Shown here piece by piece: positions 1-8,305 of a stretch of 32,000 bases of DNA; position 1 is the first letter of the stretch, and each line of letters starts with the position of its first letter. Made by a program: the position numbers and the translations under genes. The DNA is taken from the NCBI RefSeq assembly GCF_000284115.1, contig NC_017080.1, positions 660,001 to 692,000 of the forward strand, in the 5' to 3' direction. A model generated the notes under the pieces. It saw only the letters and a program-made list of their open reading frames with translations, was not told the origin of the DNA and did no database searches. The DNA comes from Phycisphaera mikurensis NBRC 102666. Lineage in GTDB: Bacteria > Planctomycetota > Phycisphaerae > Phycisphaerales > Phycisphaeraceae.

Positions 1-821
1 TTGTCGCGGCGGAAGGTCTCGAGGTAGCGGCCGTGCTGGCCGCTGGCGGAGTTGCGGACCGAGGTCACCAGCCGCTGCACGTGCGGGTCGTGGGGGTACG
101 CGTCCTCGAGGGCGTCGCAAGCGGCGTCGGTCCGGCCGACGCCGCCGGAGTCCGCCCGCGAGCTGTACAGCCGGCGGAACGCGTCACGCAGGTGCAGCCG
201 GCTGTCGTCGCCGATGCCCTGCCGCTTGAGGCCCACGGAGTTGAGCCGGCGGACCTCGGCGGGGTTGCCCTCGATCGTCATGAACGGCGGCGAGTCCTTG
301 GTGACGCGGGTCATGCCGCCGACGAAGCCGTGCCCGCCGATCGTCACGAAGTGGTGGATCGCCGAGGCGCCGCCCACGGTCACGTGGTCCTCGACGAGCA
401 CGTGACCGGCCATCTGCACGCCGTTGGCGAGCACGACGTGGTTGCCGACGCGGCAGTCGTGGGCGACGTGCACGTACGCCATCAGCAGGTTGTGGTTGCC
501 GACGCGGGTCTGGCCGCGATCGTTGGCGGTGCCCTTGTGCAGGGTCACGCTCTCGCGGATCTCGTTGTGGTCGCCGATCACCAGCTCCGTGTCCTCGCCT
601 CCGAACTTCAAGTCCTGCGGATCGCCGCCGAGCACCGCGTTGGGCCAGACGGTGTTCCCCTCGCCCATCGTGGTGCGGCCGGTGACGGTGACGTGCGAGA
701 TGAGCGTGGTGCCGGCGCCCAGGCGGGCCTTGGGACCGACCCAGCAGAACGGCCCGACGCGCGCGTCTTCCGCGAGCTGGGCGCCGGGTTCGATGATGGC
801 GGTGGCGTGGATCGTGGGCAT
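1..821 (-). CDS. lpxA: Acyl-ACP--UDP-N-acetylglucosamine O-acyltransferase (LpxA), 3' end cut by window edge
   Basis: My own reverse-strand translation from the ATG at 821. It is not in the ORF track because it runs off the window. It gives MPTIHATAIIEPGAQLAEDARVGPFCWVGPKARLGAGTTLISHVTVTGRTTMGEGNTVWPNAVLGGDPQDLKF..., a hexapeptide-repeat left-handed beta-helix with an LpxA-type helical C-terminus. It lies 41 nt downstream of fabZ, matching the conserved fabZ-lpxA order. The 33..932 + ORF is its antisense shadow. Confidence 0.9.
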   Translation of the reverse strand, partial: MPTIHATAIIEPGAQLAEDARVGPFCWVGPKARLGAGTTLISHVTVTGRTTMGEGNTVWPNAVLGGDPQDLKFGGEDTELVIGDHNEIRESVTLHKGTANDRGQTRVGNHNLLMAYVHVAHDCRVGNHVVLANGVQMAGHVLVEDHVTVGGASAIHHFVTIGGHGFVGGMTRVTKDSPPFMTIEGNPAEVRRLNSVGLKRQGIGDDSRLHLRDAFRRLYSSRADSGGVGRTDAACDALEDAYPHDPHVQRLVTSVRNSASGQHGRYLETFRRD

Positions 822-862
822 GACGGGGGCCCCGGGAGGAGCGTCTCCTTTCTCGACCGGCT

Positions 863-2176
863 TCAGCTCTGGTCGTCGTCGACCAGCATGAACTTCACTT
901 CCGCCTCGGCGGCGACCTCCTCGGCGACGTAGGCCCGGCACCGCATGTGCGCGATGCGGCTGCGGATGCGGACGGCCTCGGCCTCGAGGATGAGCTGGTC
1001 GCCGGGGGTGACGGTGCGGCGGAGCTTGACGCGGTCCAGCGAGAGCATGATCGGAAGCTTGCCCACCTGCTCGAGGCTCTGGCCGATCAGCACCCCGGAG
1101 AGCTGAGCCATCGCCTCGACGATCAGCACGCCGGGCATGATCGGCGTGCCGGGGTAGTGGCCCTGGAAGAAGGGCTCGTTGATTGTCACGTTCTTGACGC
1201 CCAACGCCCGGCGGTCGCCGTCGATCTCCAGCACGCGGTCGACCAGCAGCATCGGGTAGCGGTGGGGCATCATCCGCAGCAGCCGGCGGACGTCGGCGAC
1301 GTTCGCGGTCCGGGCGAGCTCCATCCGGCCCTGCCGCCGCCCCTGCGTCACCAGCGCCCGGGCCAGCTCGTGGTTGAGGGGGTGGCCGGAGCGGCGTGCG
1401 ATGACGCGGCCGCGGATCGGCGAGCCCACCAGGGCGAGGTCGCCGAGGAGGTCGAGGATCTTGTGGCGGACCGGCTCGTCGGCGAAGCGGAAGGCGTTGC
1501 CGCCCAGCGGCCCGTCCTCGCCGATGACCAGCACCTCGGAGGGCGAGAGGTGGGCGAACAGGCCCTGGGCGAGGGCGGCCTTCGCCTCCGCCTCGAGGCT
1601 GAAGGTGCGCGAGGGGGCGATCTGATCGCGGTAGTCGTCGCCGTGCGTGCGGAACTGCTGCAGCTGCCGGCCGATCAGCGCGTTCTGCGGGCTGTAGTCC
1701 AGCTGGTAGGTGAGGTCCAGCCCGGGGTCGTGCGACGGCAGCGCCACCAGCTCGGCCTCGTCCTGCACGATGGTCACCGGCTCTTCGACCACCAGGTAGC
1801 GGCGGGCGGCCGCCTGCTCCCGCACGCCCGCCGAGGCGATGGCCTCGTAGAAAGGCAGCGCCGAGCCGTCGACGCCCGGCACCTCGGCCGCGTCGAGGTC
1901 GATGATCAGGTTGTCGATGGACCAGCCGGCGACGGCGGAGAGCACGTGCTCGCAGGTCTCGATCACCGCCTCGCCGAGCTTGAGCGCCGTCCGCCGCGAG
2001 CGCTTCACGACGTGATCCACCAGCGCCGGGACCGTCGCGTTCCCCAGGTCGGTGCGGCGGAAGACGATCCCGTGGTTCTCGGGGGCCGGGCGGAAGGTGA
2101 GCTCGGCGTCCTTGCCGTGGAACAGCCCCTTCCCGGCGATGCCGACCGGTTCTGCGATGGTCTTCTGTGTCTCCAT
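863..2176 (-). CDS. lpxC-fabZ: Bifunctional UDP-3-O-acyl-GlcNAc deacetylase / 3-hydroxyacyl-ACP dehydratase (LpxC-FabZ fusion)
   Basis: ORF 863..2509 trimmed to the in-frame ATG at 2176 (METQKTIAEPVGIAGKGLFHG...). The N-terminal ~290 aa are LpxC-like (HKILDLLGDLALVG, SGHPLNHELARAL). The C-terminal ~145 aa are a FabZ hotdog domain (LPHRYPMLLVDRV, FFQGHYPGTPIMPGVLIVEAMAQ). The 111 upstream codons of the ORF are Arg/Gly-rich with no recognisable homology. Confidence 0.92.
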   Translation of the reverse strand: METQKTIAEPVGIAGKGLFHGKDAELTFRPAPENHGIVFRRTDLGNATVPALVDHVVKRSRRTALKLGEAVIETCEHVLSAVAGWSIDNLIIDLDAAEVPGVDGSALPFYEAIASAGVREQAAARRYLVVEEPVTIVQDEAELVALPSHDPGLDLTYQLDYSPQNALIGRQLQQFRTHGDDYRDQIAPSRTFSLEAEAKAALAQGLFAHLSPSEVLVIGEDGPLGGNAFRFADEPVRHKILDLLGDLALVGSPIRGRVIARRSGHPLNHELARALVTQGRRQGRMELARTANVADVRRLLRMMPHRYPMLLVDRVLEIDGDRRALGVKNVTINEPFFQGHYPGTPIMPGVLIVEAMAQLSGVLIGQSLEQVGKLPIMLSLDRVKLRRTVTPGDQLILEAEAVRIRSRIAHMRCRAYVAEEVAAEAEVKFMLVDDDQS

Positions 2177-2264
2177 GGCGCCCGCGGGAGCGGGTCGGGA
2201 TCCTAGAGGATCGCGGTGCGGCTTGTGGCCCCCGAGCACGCCGCAAGCGAGGGCCCGACGCGAC

Positions 2265-2310
2265 CCGCGGACCGCCCGCCGCAGAACCGCGCGGACGCGA
2301 CGGTCCGCGG
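2265..2310. repeat. Copy A of dispersed 46-bp palindromic element (CCGCGGACCG-N26-CGGTCCGCGG)
   Basis: Left arm at 2265-2274, 26-nt spacer, perfectly complementary right arm at 2301-2310. Lies in the divergent lpxC-fabZ / glnA intergenic region. Confidence 0.85.
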
Positions 2311-2411
2311 ATCCGTGGCGGTTCTCGGGCAGGAGGCGGACCGCCCGCCCGCCCACCCCTCCGCCGAGCGGCCGCGCCCGGGCTCCCCCGGCATCGCGAT
2401 ACGCTGGAAGC

Positions 2412-3824
2412 ATGACCGCGGACGAAATCGCCGGGCACATGAAGACCGGCGAGTTCGAGTTCCTCGACTGCCGCTTCCTCGACTTCCCGGGCCTCTGGCA
2501 GAACTGCACCTACACCGCCAGCGAGGTCGACGCCGACCGCCTCGCCGGCGGCTTCGGCTTCGACGGCAGCGCGATCCGCGGCTGGCAGGCGATCAACGAG
2601 TCGGACATGCTCCTGGTGCCCGACTGCGACACCGCCCGACGCGACCCCTTCGCCGAGCGGGCGACGCTCGCGGTGATCTGCGACGTCCGCGACCCGGTGA
2701 CCAAGAAGACGTACGGCCGCGACCCCCGGGCCGTCGCGAAGAAGGCGCAGAAGCACCTGGAAGCCACCGGGATCGCCGACACCGCGCACTTCGGGCCCGA
2801 GCTGGAGTTCTTCCTCTTCGACCGCGTCCGCTTCGACCAGACGACCAACGCCGCCTGGTACGAGGTGGACTCGGCCGAGGGCGTGTGGAACCGCGGCAGC
2901 GACCACCCCGGCAACCGCGGCCACCAGATCCCGATCCGCCAGGGCTACTTCCCCTGCCCGCCGGTCGACACGATGCACGACCTGCGCGGCGAGATGGCGG
3001 CGACGATGCAGAGCCTGGGCATCCGCGTGGAGTGCCACCACCACGAGGTCGCCACCGGCGGGCAGCAGGAGATCGACCTCCGCTTCGACGCGCTCCTGCC
3101 GATGGCCGACAAGTGCATGTTCTACAAGCACGTGGTCAAGCGGGTGGCCGCCAACCACGGGCGCGTCGCCACGTTCATGGCCAAGCCGCTGCTCGGCGAC
3201 AACGGCAGCGGGATGCACACGCACTTCTCGCTGTGGAAGGACGACGAACCGGTCTTCGCCGGCCGCCGCTACGCCGGGCTCTCGCAGCTGGGGCTCTGGG
3301 CGATCGGCGGCATCCTCCGCCACACGCCGTCGCTGCTGGCCTTCTGCGCCCCCGGCACCAACAGCTACAAGCGGCTCGTGCCCGGCTTCGAGGCGCCCGT
3401 CTCGCTGGTCTACTCCTCGCGGAACCGCTCCGCCGCGATCCGCATCCCGCGCTACGACGACCGGCCGGGCTCCAAGCGCCTGGAGTTCCGTTGCCCCGAC
3501 CCCAGCGCCAACCCGTACCTCGCCTTCTCCGCGATCCTGATGGCGGCGCTGGACGGCATCCAGAACGAGATCGACCCCGGCGACCCGGTCGACCTGGACC
3601 TCTACGACCTCGAGCCCGAACGATTCGCGGCCATCCCCCGCACGCCGGCCACGCTCGACGAGGCCCTCTCCGCCCTCGACGCCGACCGCGGCTACCTGCT
3701 CGCCGGCGACGTGTTCCCCGCCGACCTGATCGACGGCTGGATCGCGTACAAGCGGCAGCACGAGGTCGATGCGCTGCGGGCCCGCCCGCACCCGCACGAG
3801 TTCGAGATGTACTTCCACAGCTAG
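2412..3824 (+). CDS. glnA: Glutamine synthetase, type I
   Basis: ORF 2052..3824 trimmed to the ATG at 2412 (MTADEIAGHMKTGEFEFLDCRFLDFPGLWQN...). Full-length GS-I similarity: GPELEFFLFD, HHHEVATGGQQEIDL, GSGMHTHFSLW, NSYKRLVPGFEAP, RIP...RLEFRCPDPSANPYLAFSA. The DLYDLEPE segment resembles the adenylylation-site Tyr region. Confidence 0.95.
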   Translation: MTADEIAGHMKTGEFEFLDCRFLDFPGLWQNCTYTASEVDADRLAGGFGFDGSAIRGWQAINESDMLLVPDCDTARRDPFAERATLAVICDVRDPVTKKTYGRDPRAVAKKAQKHLEATGIADTAHFGPELEFFLFDRVRFDQTTNAAWYEVDSAEGVWNRGSDHPGNRGHQIPIRQGYFPCPPVDTMHDLRGEMAATMQSLGIRVECHHHEVATGGQQEIDLRFDALLPMADKCMFYKHVVKRVAANHGRVATFMAKPLLGDNGSGMHTHFSLWKDDEPVFAGRRYAGLSQLGLWAIGGILRHTPSLLAFCAPGTNSYKRLVPGFEAPVSLVYSSRNRSAAIRIPRYDDRPGSKRLEFRCPDPSANPYLAFSAILMAALDGIQNEIDPGDPVDLDLYDLEPERFAAIPRTPATLDEALSALDADRGYLLAGDVFPADLIDGWIAYKRQHEVDALRARPHPHEFEMYFHS

Positions 3825-3839
3825 GGGATTCCATCCCGC

Positions 3840-3863
3840 GGGCGCGGCGTCGCGGCCGCGCCC
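3840..3863. terminator. GC-rich stem-loop between convergent glnA and rpsO (candidate bidirectional terminator)
   Basis: GGGCGCGGC (3840-3848), loop GTCGCG, GCCGCGCCC (3855-3863): a perfect 9-bp stem. It sits 16 nt after the glnA stop and 5 nt after the rpsO stop. No clear U-tract. Confidence 0.4.
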
Positions 3864-3868
3864 CCGCG

Positions 3869-4138
3869 TCAGCGGCGCAGCCCCAGCTTGGTGATGAGGG
3901 CCTGGTAGCCGGGGCGGTCCTTGCGCTGCAGGTAGGTCAGCAGCCGGCGGCGGCGGGAGACCATCTGGAGCAGGCCGCGCTGGCTGGAGAAGTCGTGGCG
4001 GTGCTGCTTGAGGTGCTCGGTCAGCGACTTGATGCGCTCGGTGAGGATCGAGATCTGGACCTCCGGGCTGCCGGAGTCGTTCGCCGATCGCTGGCTGTCC
4101 GCGATCACTTCCTTCTTGCGGGCCGTCGTGATGCTCAT
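3869..4138 (-). CDS. rpsO: 30S ribosomal protein S15
   Basis: ORF 3869..4462 trimmed to the ATG at 4138. The 89-aa product MSITTARKKEVIADSQRSANDSGSPEVQISILTERIKSLTEHLKQHRHDFSSQRGLLQMVSRRRRLLTYLQRKDRPGYQALITKLGLRR is a canonical S15. Confidence 0.95.
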   Translation of the reverse strand: MSITTARKKEVIADSQRSANDSGSPEVQISILTERIKSLTEHLKQHRHDFSSQRGLLQMVSRRRRLLTYLQRKDRPGYQALITKLGLRR

Positions 4139-4418
4139 GGGGTTCGCCTTTCCAGCGAGGTGTCGCCGCGGGGGACAGCCGGAAACGCTCCAGCCGGTCG
4201 CCCCGGGCCGCCGCGCAGTGTAACGGAGGGACGGACGGACGCTTCCAGGGGCCCGCTGCCCCCGACGAAGCGAAGAGACGGAGGCGAGGAAGCGCTCCGC
4301 CCACGCCCGGCTCGGTCGGCCGGTGGCGCAGACGACCGCGTTCTCGGCGGCCACGCCGCGGCTCTGGCCGGTCGTCTGGGTCGCGCGGTGGCGGCTGCGC
4401 CGGCGTGGAAGCGCAAGC

Positions 4419-4453
4419 GGCGAGGCGGAGCGGCCCAGCCGCTCCGCCTCGCC
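4419..4453 (-). terminator. Perfect 16-bp stem / 3-nt loop hairpin downstream of the 4482..5054 gene
   Basis: GGCGAGGCGGAGCGGC-CCA-GCCGCTCCGCCTCGCC, with the stem fully complementary. It begins 28 nt after the stop of the upstream minus-strand gene and lies upstream of rpsO. No U-tract. Confidence 0.5.
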
Positions 4454-4481
4454 TCGCCTCACCCCGCTCGGCGCGACGCTC

Positions 4482-5054
4482 TTAGGCCTTCCGCCAGCCG
4501 CCGCCCGCGCCGCGGCGGCCGTTGGACACGGCGTTGCCCTCGCGCTTGAGCTTCAGGAGCGCCGAGGTGGGGTCGAATCCGACCTTCTCGGTGATGTCGC
4601 TCTTGGGGACGAACGCGGCGCTGGCACGCGGCAGCGCCTTCAGCACGGCGGCGGTCTCTTCGGCAAGGGTTTCGGAGCTCTTGCGGTTGCGGCGGCCGTC
4701 CGTCTTCTGTGCGGCCGCGGAGGAGCGGGTCTCGCCCTTGGGCTTGAGCTTCACCGGGACACGCAAGCCGTTGGTGACGACGACGAGGGCCTCGGCCACC
4801 AGCCGCAGGTTCTCCTTCTTCTGGCTGGCGTTGCTCACCGAGAGGTTGCGGAGGCTTTCATCGAGCACCTCGCTCGCCGCCTTGTAGGCCGGGTCGTCTT
4901 CCCCGAGGCTTTCGCGGACGCTCTGGCGGCGGCGTTCGATGGCAACGCGTTGCTCTTCGGTGGCGTTGGCGCCCGGAGAGGGCTGCGCGACGAAGTCTTC
5001 GACGAGGGGGGTGAGGGCGGCGCGGATCTTATCGGATAGCTGTTCTTTTGTCAT
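4482..5054 (-). CDS. Hypothetical 190-aa protein, helical N-terminal half and possible winged-helix-like basic C-terminus
   Basis: C-terminal part of ORF 4482..6536, starting at the ATG at 5054 (MTKEQLSDKIRAALTPLVEDF...). An alternative ATG at 5102 would add 16 aa. The rest of that 684-aa ORF is antisense to hemL and is rejected. No family recognised by eye. The C-terminus (ETLAEETAAVLKALP...VPKSDITEKVGFDPTSALLKLKREGNAVSNGRRGAGGGWRKA) has a wHTH-like pattern. Confidence 0.6.
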   Translation of the reverse strand: MTKEQLSDKIRAALTPLVEDFVAQPSPGANATEEQRVAIERRRQSVRESLGEDDPAYKAASEVLDESLRNLSVSNASQKKENLRLVAEALVVVTNGLRVPVKLKPKGETRSSAAAQKTDGRRNRKSSETLAEETAAVLKALPRASAAFVPKSDITEKVGFDPTSALLKLKREGNAVSNGRRGAGGGWRKA

Positions 5055-5240
5055 CTGAGGGTTGGCGGAGCCGTTGGCGTCATGAAGCGGCGAATGTCGC
5101 ATCTCCGAACGATAGGAAAGCGATGGGATCGCCCGGATTCCCGCGGCACGATAGCGCTTCGTCGGGCGTTGTGCAAACGGCGTACGCGATGCGCGGCGCG
5201 GCCGCGGCGGGCGAGCGGTCGCTGCGCGTAGGGTTGGAGC

Positions 5241-6626
5241 ATGACCGCGAATCCCGCGCCCGCCGCTCCGCCCGCCGAACGCTACGCCCGCTCCGCGGCA
5301 TCGCACGCCGAGGCGAAACGCTACATGCCCGGCGGGGTGAACTCGCCGGTCCGCGCCTACCGCGCCGTCGGGCGCGAGCCCGTGACGATCCGCAGCGGGG
5401 CCGGGGCTTGGGTCACCGACGTCGACGGCAACCGCTATGTGGACTACGTCGGCAGCTACGGTCCGCTGATCCTCGGCCACGCGGCGCCGCAAGTGCTTGC
5501 CGCCGTGGGCGAAGCGATGCGCAACGGGACCACCTTCGGGATGCCCACCGAGGCGGAGACGCGGCTGGCCCGAACCGTGGTGGACGCGGTGCCCGGCGTC
5601 GACGTCGTGCGTTTCGTGAACTCCGGCACCGAAGCCGCGATGTCGGCGTTGCGCCTGGCGCGGGCGGCGACGGGCGGGCACCGCGTGATCAAGTGCATCG
5701 GCTGCTACCACGGCCACACCGATGCGATGCTGGTCTCCGCGGGCTCGGCGGCGACCTCGCTGGGTGTGCCCAGCAGCCCGGGCGTGCCCGCGGCGGTGGC
5801 GGCGTCCACGCTGCTCGTGCCCTTCAACGACCTGGACGCGGTGGAGCGGGCCATGGCCACCCACCGCGGCGAGATCGCGTGCATGGCCGTCGAGCCGATC
5901 GCGGGAAACATGGGGCTGGTCCCGCCGGCGCCGGGGTACCTGCAGGGGCTCCGCGCCCTGTGCGACCGCTTCGGCGTCCCGCTGCTCTTCGATGAGGTGA
6001 TGACCGGCTTCCGCGTCGATCACGGCTGCGCCCAGGGGCTGTACGGCGTCACGCCCGACCTCACGTGCCTGGGCAAGGTGGTCGGCGGCGGCCTGCCGTG
6101 CGCGGCCTACGGCGGCCGGGAGGAGCTGATGCGCCAGGTCGCGCCCGACGGGCCGGTCTACCAGGCCGGAACGCTCTCGGGCAACCCCCTGGCGATGGCG
6201 GCGGGGCAGGCGCAGCTCGACGCGCTCGCCGCGGACGGCTTCGCCGCGTACCGCCGGCTCGAGGCGGCGTCGGCACGCCTCGAAGAAGGCCTCCGCGGCC
6301 TCGCCGCCGACGCCGGCTGCCCGCTCACGACCACCCGCGTCGGCTCGATGCTCGGCGTCTTCTTCGTCGAGGAGGACGGCAGCCCCGTCCGCGACTACGC
6401 CGACGCCACGGCGCAGTCGACGCGGCGGTACGCCGCCTTCTTCGGCGCCATGCTCGACGCCGGCGTCATCCTCGCCCCCGCCGCCTTCGAGTGCTGGTTC
6501 GTCTCGACGGCGCACGACGACGAAGCCATCGAGCACACGCTCGCCGCCGCCGGGCCGGCCTTCGCGGCCGCGGCGGCGACGCCGTTCCGCTCGGCGGAGG
6601 TCCGCTCGCCGGAGGCGGACGCGTAG
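5241..6626 (+). CDS. hemL: Glutamate-1-semialdehyde 2,1-aminomutase
   Basis: 461-aa ORF with ATG preceded by GGAG. RYMPGGVNSPVRAY, YVDYVGSYGPLILGH, RFVNSGTEAAMSALRLAR, FDEVMTGFR and LGKVVGGGLP (PLP-Lys region) are all HemL-typical. Confidence 0.95.
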   Translation: MTANPAPAAPPAERYARSAASHAEAKRYMPGGVNSPVRAYRAVGREPVTIRSGAGAWVTDVDGNRYVDYVGSYGPLILGHAAPQVLAAVGEAMRNGTTFGMPTEAETRLARTVVDAVPGVDVVRFVNSGTEAAMSALRLARAATGGHRVIKCIGCYHGHTDAMLVSAGSAATSLGVPSSPGVPAAVAASTLLVPFNDLDAVERAMATHRGEIACMAVEPIAGNMGLVPPAPGYLQGLRALCDRFGVPLLFDEVMTGFRVDHGCAQGLYGVTPDLTCLGKVVGGGLPCAAYGGREELMRQVAPDGPVYQAGTLSGNPLAMAAGQAQLDALAADGFAAYRRLEAASARLEEGLRGLAADAGCPLTTTRVGSMLGVFFVEEDGSPVRDYADATAQSTRRYAAFFGAMLDAGVILAPAAFECWFVSTAHDDEAIEHTLAAAGPAFAAAAATPFRSAEVRSPEADA

Positions 6627-6646
6627 CGACTTACGCTCCCCGCCCC

Positions 6647-8305
6647 ATGCCGGAAGCCTCCCCCAAGAAGACGATCCTCGCCGCCGACAAGCTCGCCCCC
6701 GAGGGGTTGGATTGGATCCGCAGCCAGCCCGACGCGGAGCTGCTCGAGAAGCCGGGGCTGTCCGAGGCGGAGTACGCGGCGATCCTCAGAGGCGGCGGCG
6801 TGCACGCGATGATCGTGCGCTCGGCCATCACGGTGTCCGCCGGGGTGCTCGCGGATCCAGGGGACCTGGCCGTGATCGCGCGGGCCGGCGTGGGCGTCGA
6901 CAACATCGACATCCCCGCCGCGACGGCCAGGGGCATCCTCGTCGTCAACACCGCGGAGGCCTCGACCATCACCACCGCCGAGCACGCCTTCACGCTGCTC
7001 GCGTCGCTGCTGCGGAACATCGCTCCGGCGGCGGCTTCCATGCGGGAGGGCCAGTGGGACCGCTCCAAGTTCCAGGGCCGCCAGCTGCACGGCATGACGC
7101 TGGGCGTCGTCGGCCTGGGCCGCATCGGCCGGACGGTGGCCGAGCGGGCGCTGGCCTTCGGCATGAAGGTCGTCGGGCACGACCCCTTCGTGCACGCGGA
7201 CCTGCAGATCGACGGCCACACCGTGCGGACCTTCCGCAGCTTCGCGGAGCTGGCGCCGCACGCGGACGCCGTCACCTTCCACGTGCCCAAGACCGCGGAA
7301 ACCACCGGCATGCTCGACGAAGCGTCGTTCGCGCTCTGCCGCGACGGCGTCTTCGTGGTCAACGCCTCCCGCGGCGGCATCGTCGACGAGCAAGCCCTGG
7401 TGGCGGCGCTGGGCAGCGGCAAGTGCGGCGGGGCCGCGTTGGACGTCTACACCAGCGAGCCTCCGCCGGCCGACAGCCCGCTGCGATCGGCTCCGCGCCT
7501 GCTGCTCACGCCCCACCTGGGCGCGAGCACGCAGGAGGCGCAGACCGCGGTCTCGGTCGAGGCGGCCAAGGCGTGCATGGCCTACCTGCGGGGGGAGGGG
7601 ATCTCCGGTGCGGTCAACGCGGGCGGCGTCCGCGTCGACCTGTCGCCGCGGCAGCGGGCCTTCGTCGAGCTGGCGGGGAAGATGGCGACGCTGCTGTCGC
7701 CGATGATCACCCGCGGCATCGCCGGCGTGGAGGTGGCGCTCGACGGCGACGACCTCGCGCCCGCCGCGGGCACCGTCGAGCGGACCGTGCTCGTCGGCCT
7801 GCTCCAGCGTCACCTCGCCTCGGCGCTGAACGTCATCAACGTCGCCGACGTGGCGGAGAAGCGCGGCATCCGGGTCACCACCCGCAGCTCCGGCGGCGAC
7901 CCCGGCGGCGGCAAGCTCACGCTGACCGTGCACGGCCCCGCCGATGCGGTCGACGCGAGCACCGAGGCGGCCGACCGCAGCCGCCGGATCGTCGGCCGCG
8001 TGTACGCCGACGGCGCCCCGCGCGTCGTGGAGGTCAACGGCTACGCGATGGACATGGTGCCCGCCGGCGCGATGGTGCTGATCCAGAACGAGGACAAGCC
8101 GGGGATCATCGGCGCCGTCGGCACGGCCTTCGGATCGGCCGGCGTGAACATCGCCGACATGACCATCTCCCGGCGGTCCCGCGAGGGTGAGCACGTGGCG
8201 ACGGCGCTCATGCTCCTCAAGCTCGACGCCGCCGCGCCGGCGGGATTGCTCGCGGACCTGGAGGCCCTGCCGGCGGTGCGGAAGGTCGCCGCGGTGCAGG
8301 TCTAG
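6647..8305 (+). CDS. serA: D-3-phosphoglycerate dehydrogenase with C-terminal ACT domain
   Basis: ORF 6065..8305 trimmed to the ATG at 6647 (MPEASPKKTILAADKLAPEGL...), 20 nt after the hemL stop. Contains the 2-hydroxyacid dehydrogenase NAD-binding motif GVVGLGRIGRTVAERA, plus NASRGGIVDE and TPHLGAST. The ACT-like end is MVLIQNEDKPGIIGAVGTAFG. Confidence 0.93.
   Translation: MPEASPKKTILAADKLAPEGLDWIRSQPDAELLEKPGLSEAEYAAILRGGGVHAMIVRSAITVSAGVLADPGDLAVIARAGVGVDNIDIPAATARGILVVNTAEASTITTAEHAFTLLASLLRNIAPAAASMREGQWDRSKFQGRQLHGMTLGVVGLGRIGRTVAERALAFGMKVVGHDPFVHADLQIDGHTVRTFRSFAELAPHADAVTFHVPKTAETTGMLDEASFALCRDGVFVVNASRGGIVDEQALVAALGSGKCGGAALDVYTSEPPPADSPLRSAPRLLLTPHLGASTQEAQTAVSVEAAKACMAYLRGEGISGAVNAGGVRVDLSPRQRAFVELAGKMATLLSPMITRGIAGVEVALDGDDLAPAAGTVERTVLVGLLQRHLASALNVINVADVAEKRGIRVTTRSSGGDPGGGKLTLTVHGPADAVDASTEAADRSRRIVGRVYADGAPRVVEVNGYAMDMVPAGAMVLIQNEDKPGIIGAVGTAFGSAGVNIADMTISRRSREGEHVATALMLLKLDAAAPAGLLADLEALPAVRKVAAVQV

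Noticed and set aside
33-932. 299-aa + strand ORF at the left edge
   Set aside because: The opposite strand encodes an unmistakable LpxA hexapeptide-repeat protein starting at 821. The + ORF is its antisense shadow.
2177-2509. N-terminal extensions of track ORFs (lpxC-fabZ to 2509, glnA from 2052, GH125 to 24979, ARH-like to 28804, transglutaminase to 19928, PEP-CTERM from 30732)
   Set aside because: The extensions are Arg/Pro/Gly-rich and lack homology-like sequence. They would overlap neighbouring genes or intergenic repeats. Internal starts give proteins whose N-termini match the family, or give a proper signal peptide.
4139-4418. Structured S15 autoregulatory leader upstream of rpsO
   Set aside because: It is plausible in principle, because S15 represses its own mRNA in several bacteria. 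I could not identify a convincing pseudoknot or three-way-junction mimic by eye in this ~280-nt region, so no feature is called.
2216-4549. 777-aa + strand ORF rich in Arg/Pro/Gly spanning glnA and rpsO
   Set aside because: It is out of frame with a full-length, highly recognisable glnA and antisense to rpsO. Its composition is typical of alternative-frame translation of GC-rich coding DNA. The same reasoning rejects 6065..6646 (the upstream part of the serA frame), 6395..8317 -, 6712..8190 +, 9160..10977 -, 9633..11261 +, 11073..12452 -, 12640..14109 -, 14537..15613 -, 16896..18296 -, 20447..22279 -, 20989..22878 +, 22293..24533 -, 22898..24892 +, 24244..27117 +, 26646..28850 -, 26948..28546 +, 28507..30897 - and 30690..31724 -.
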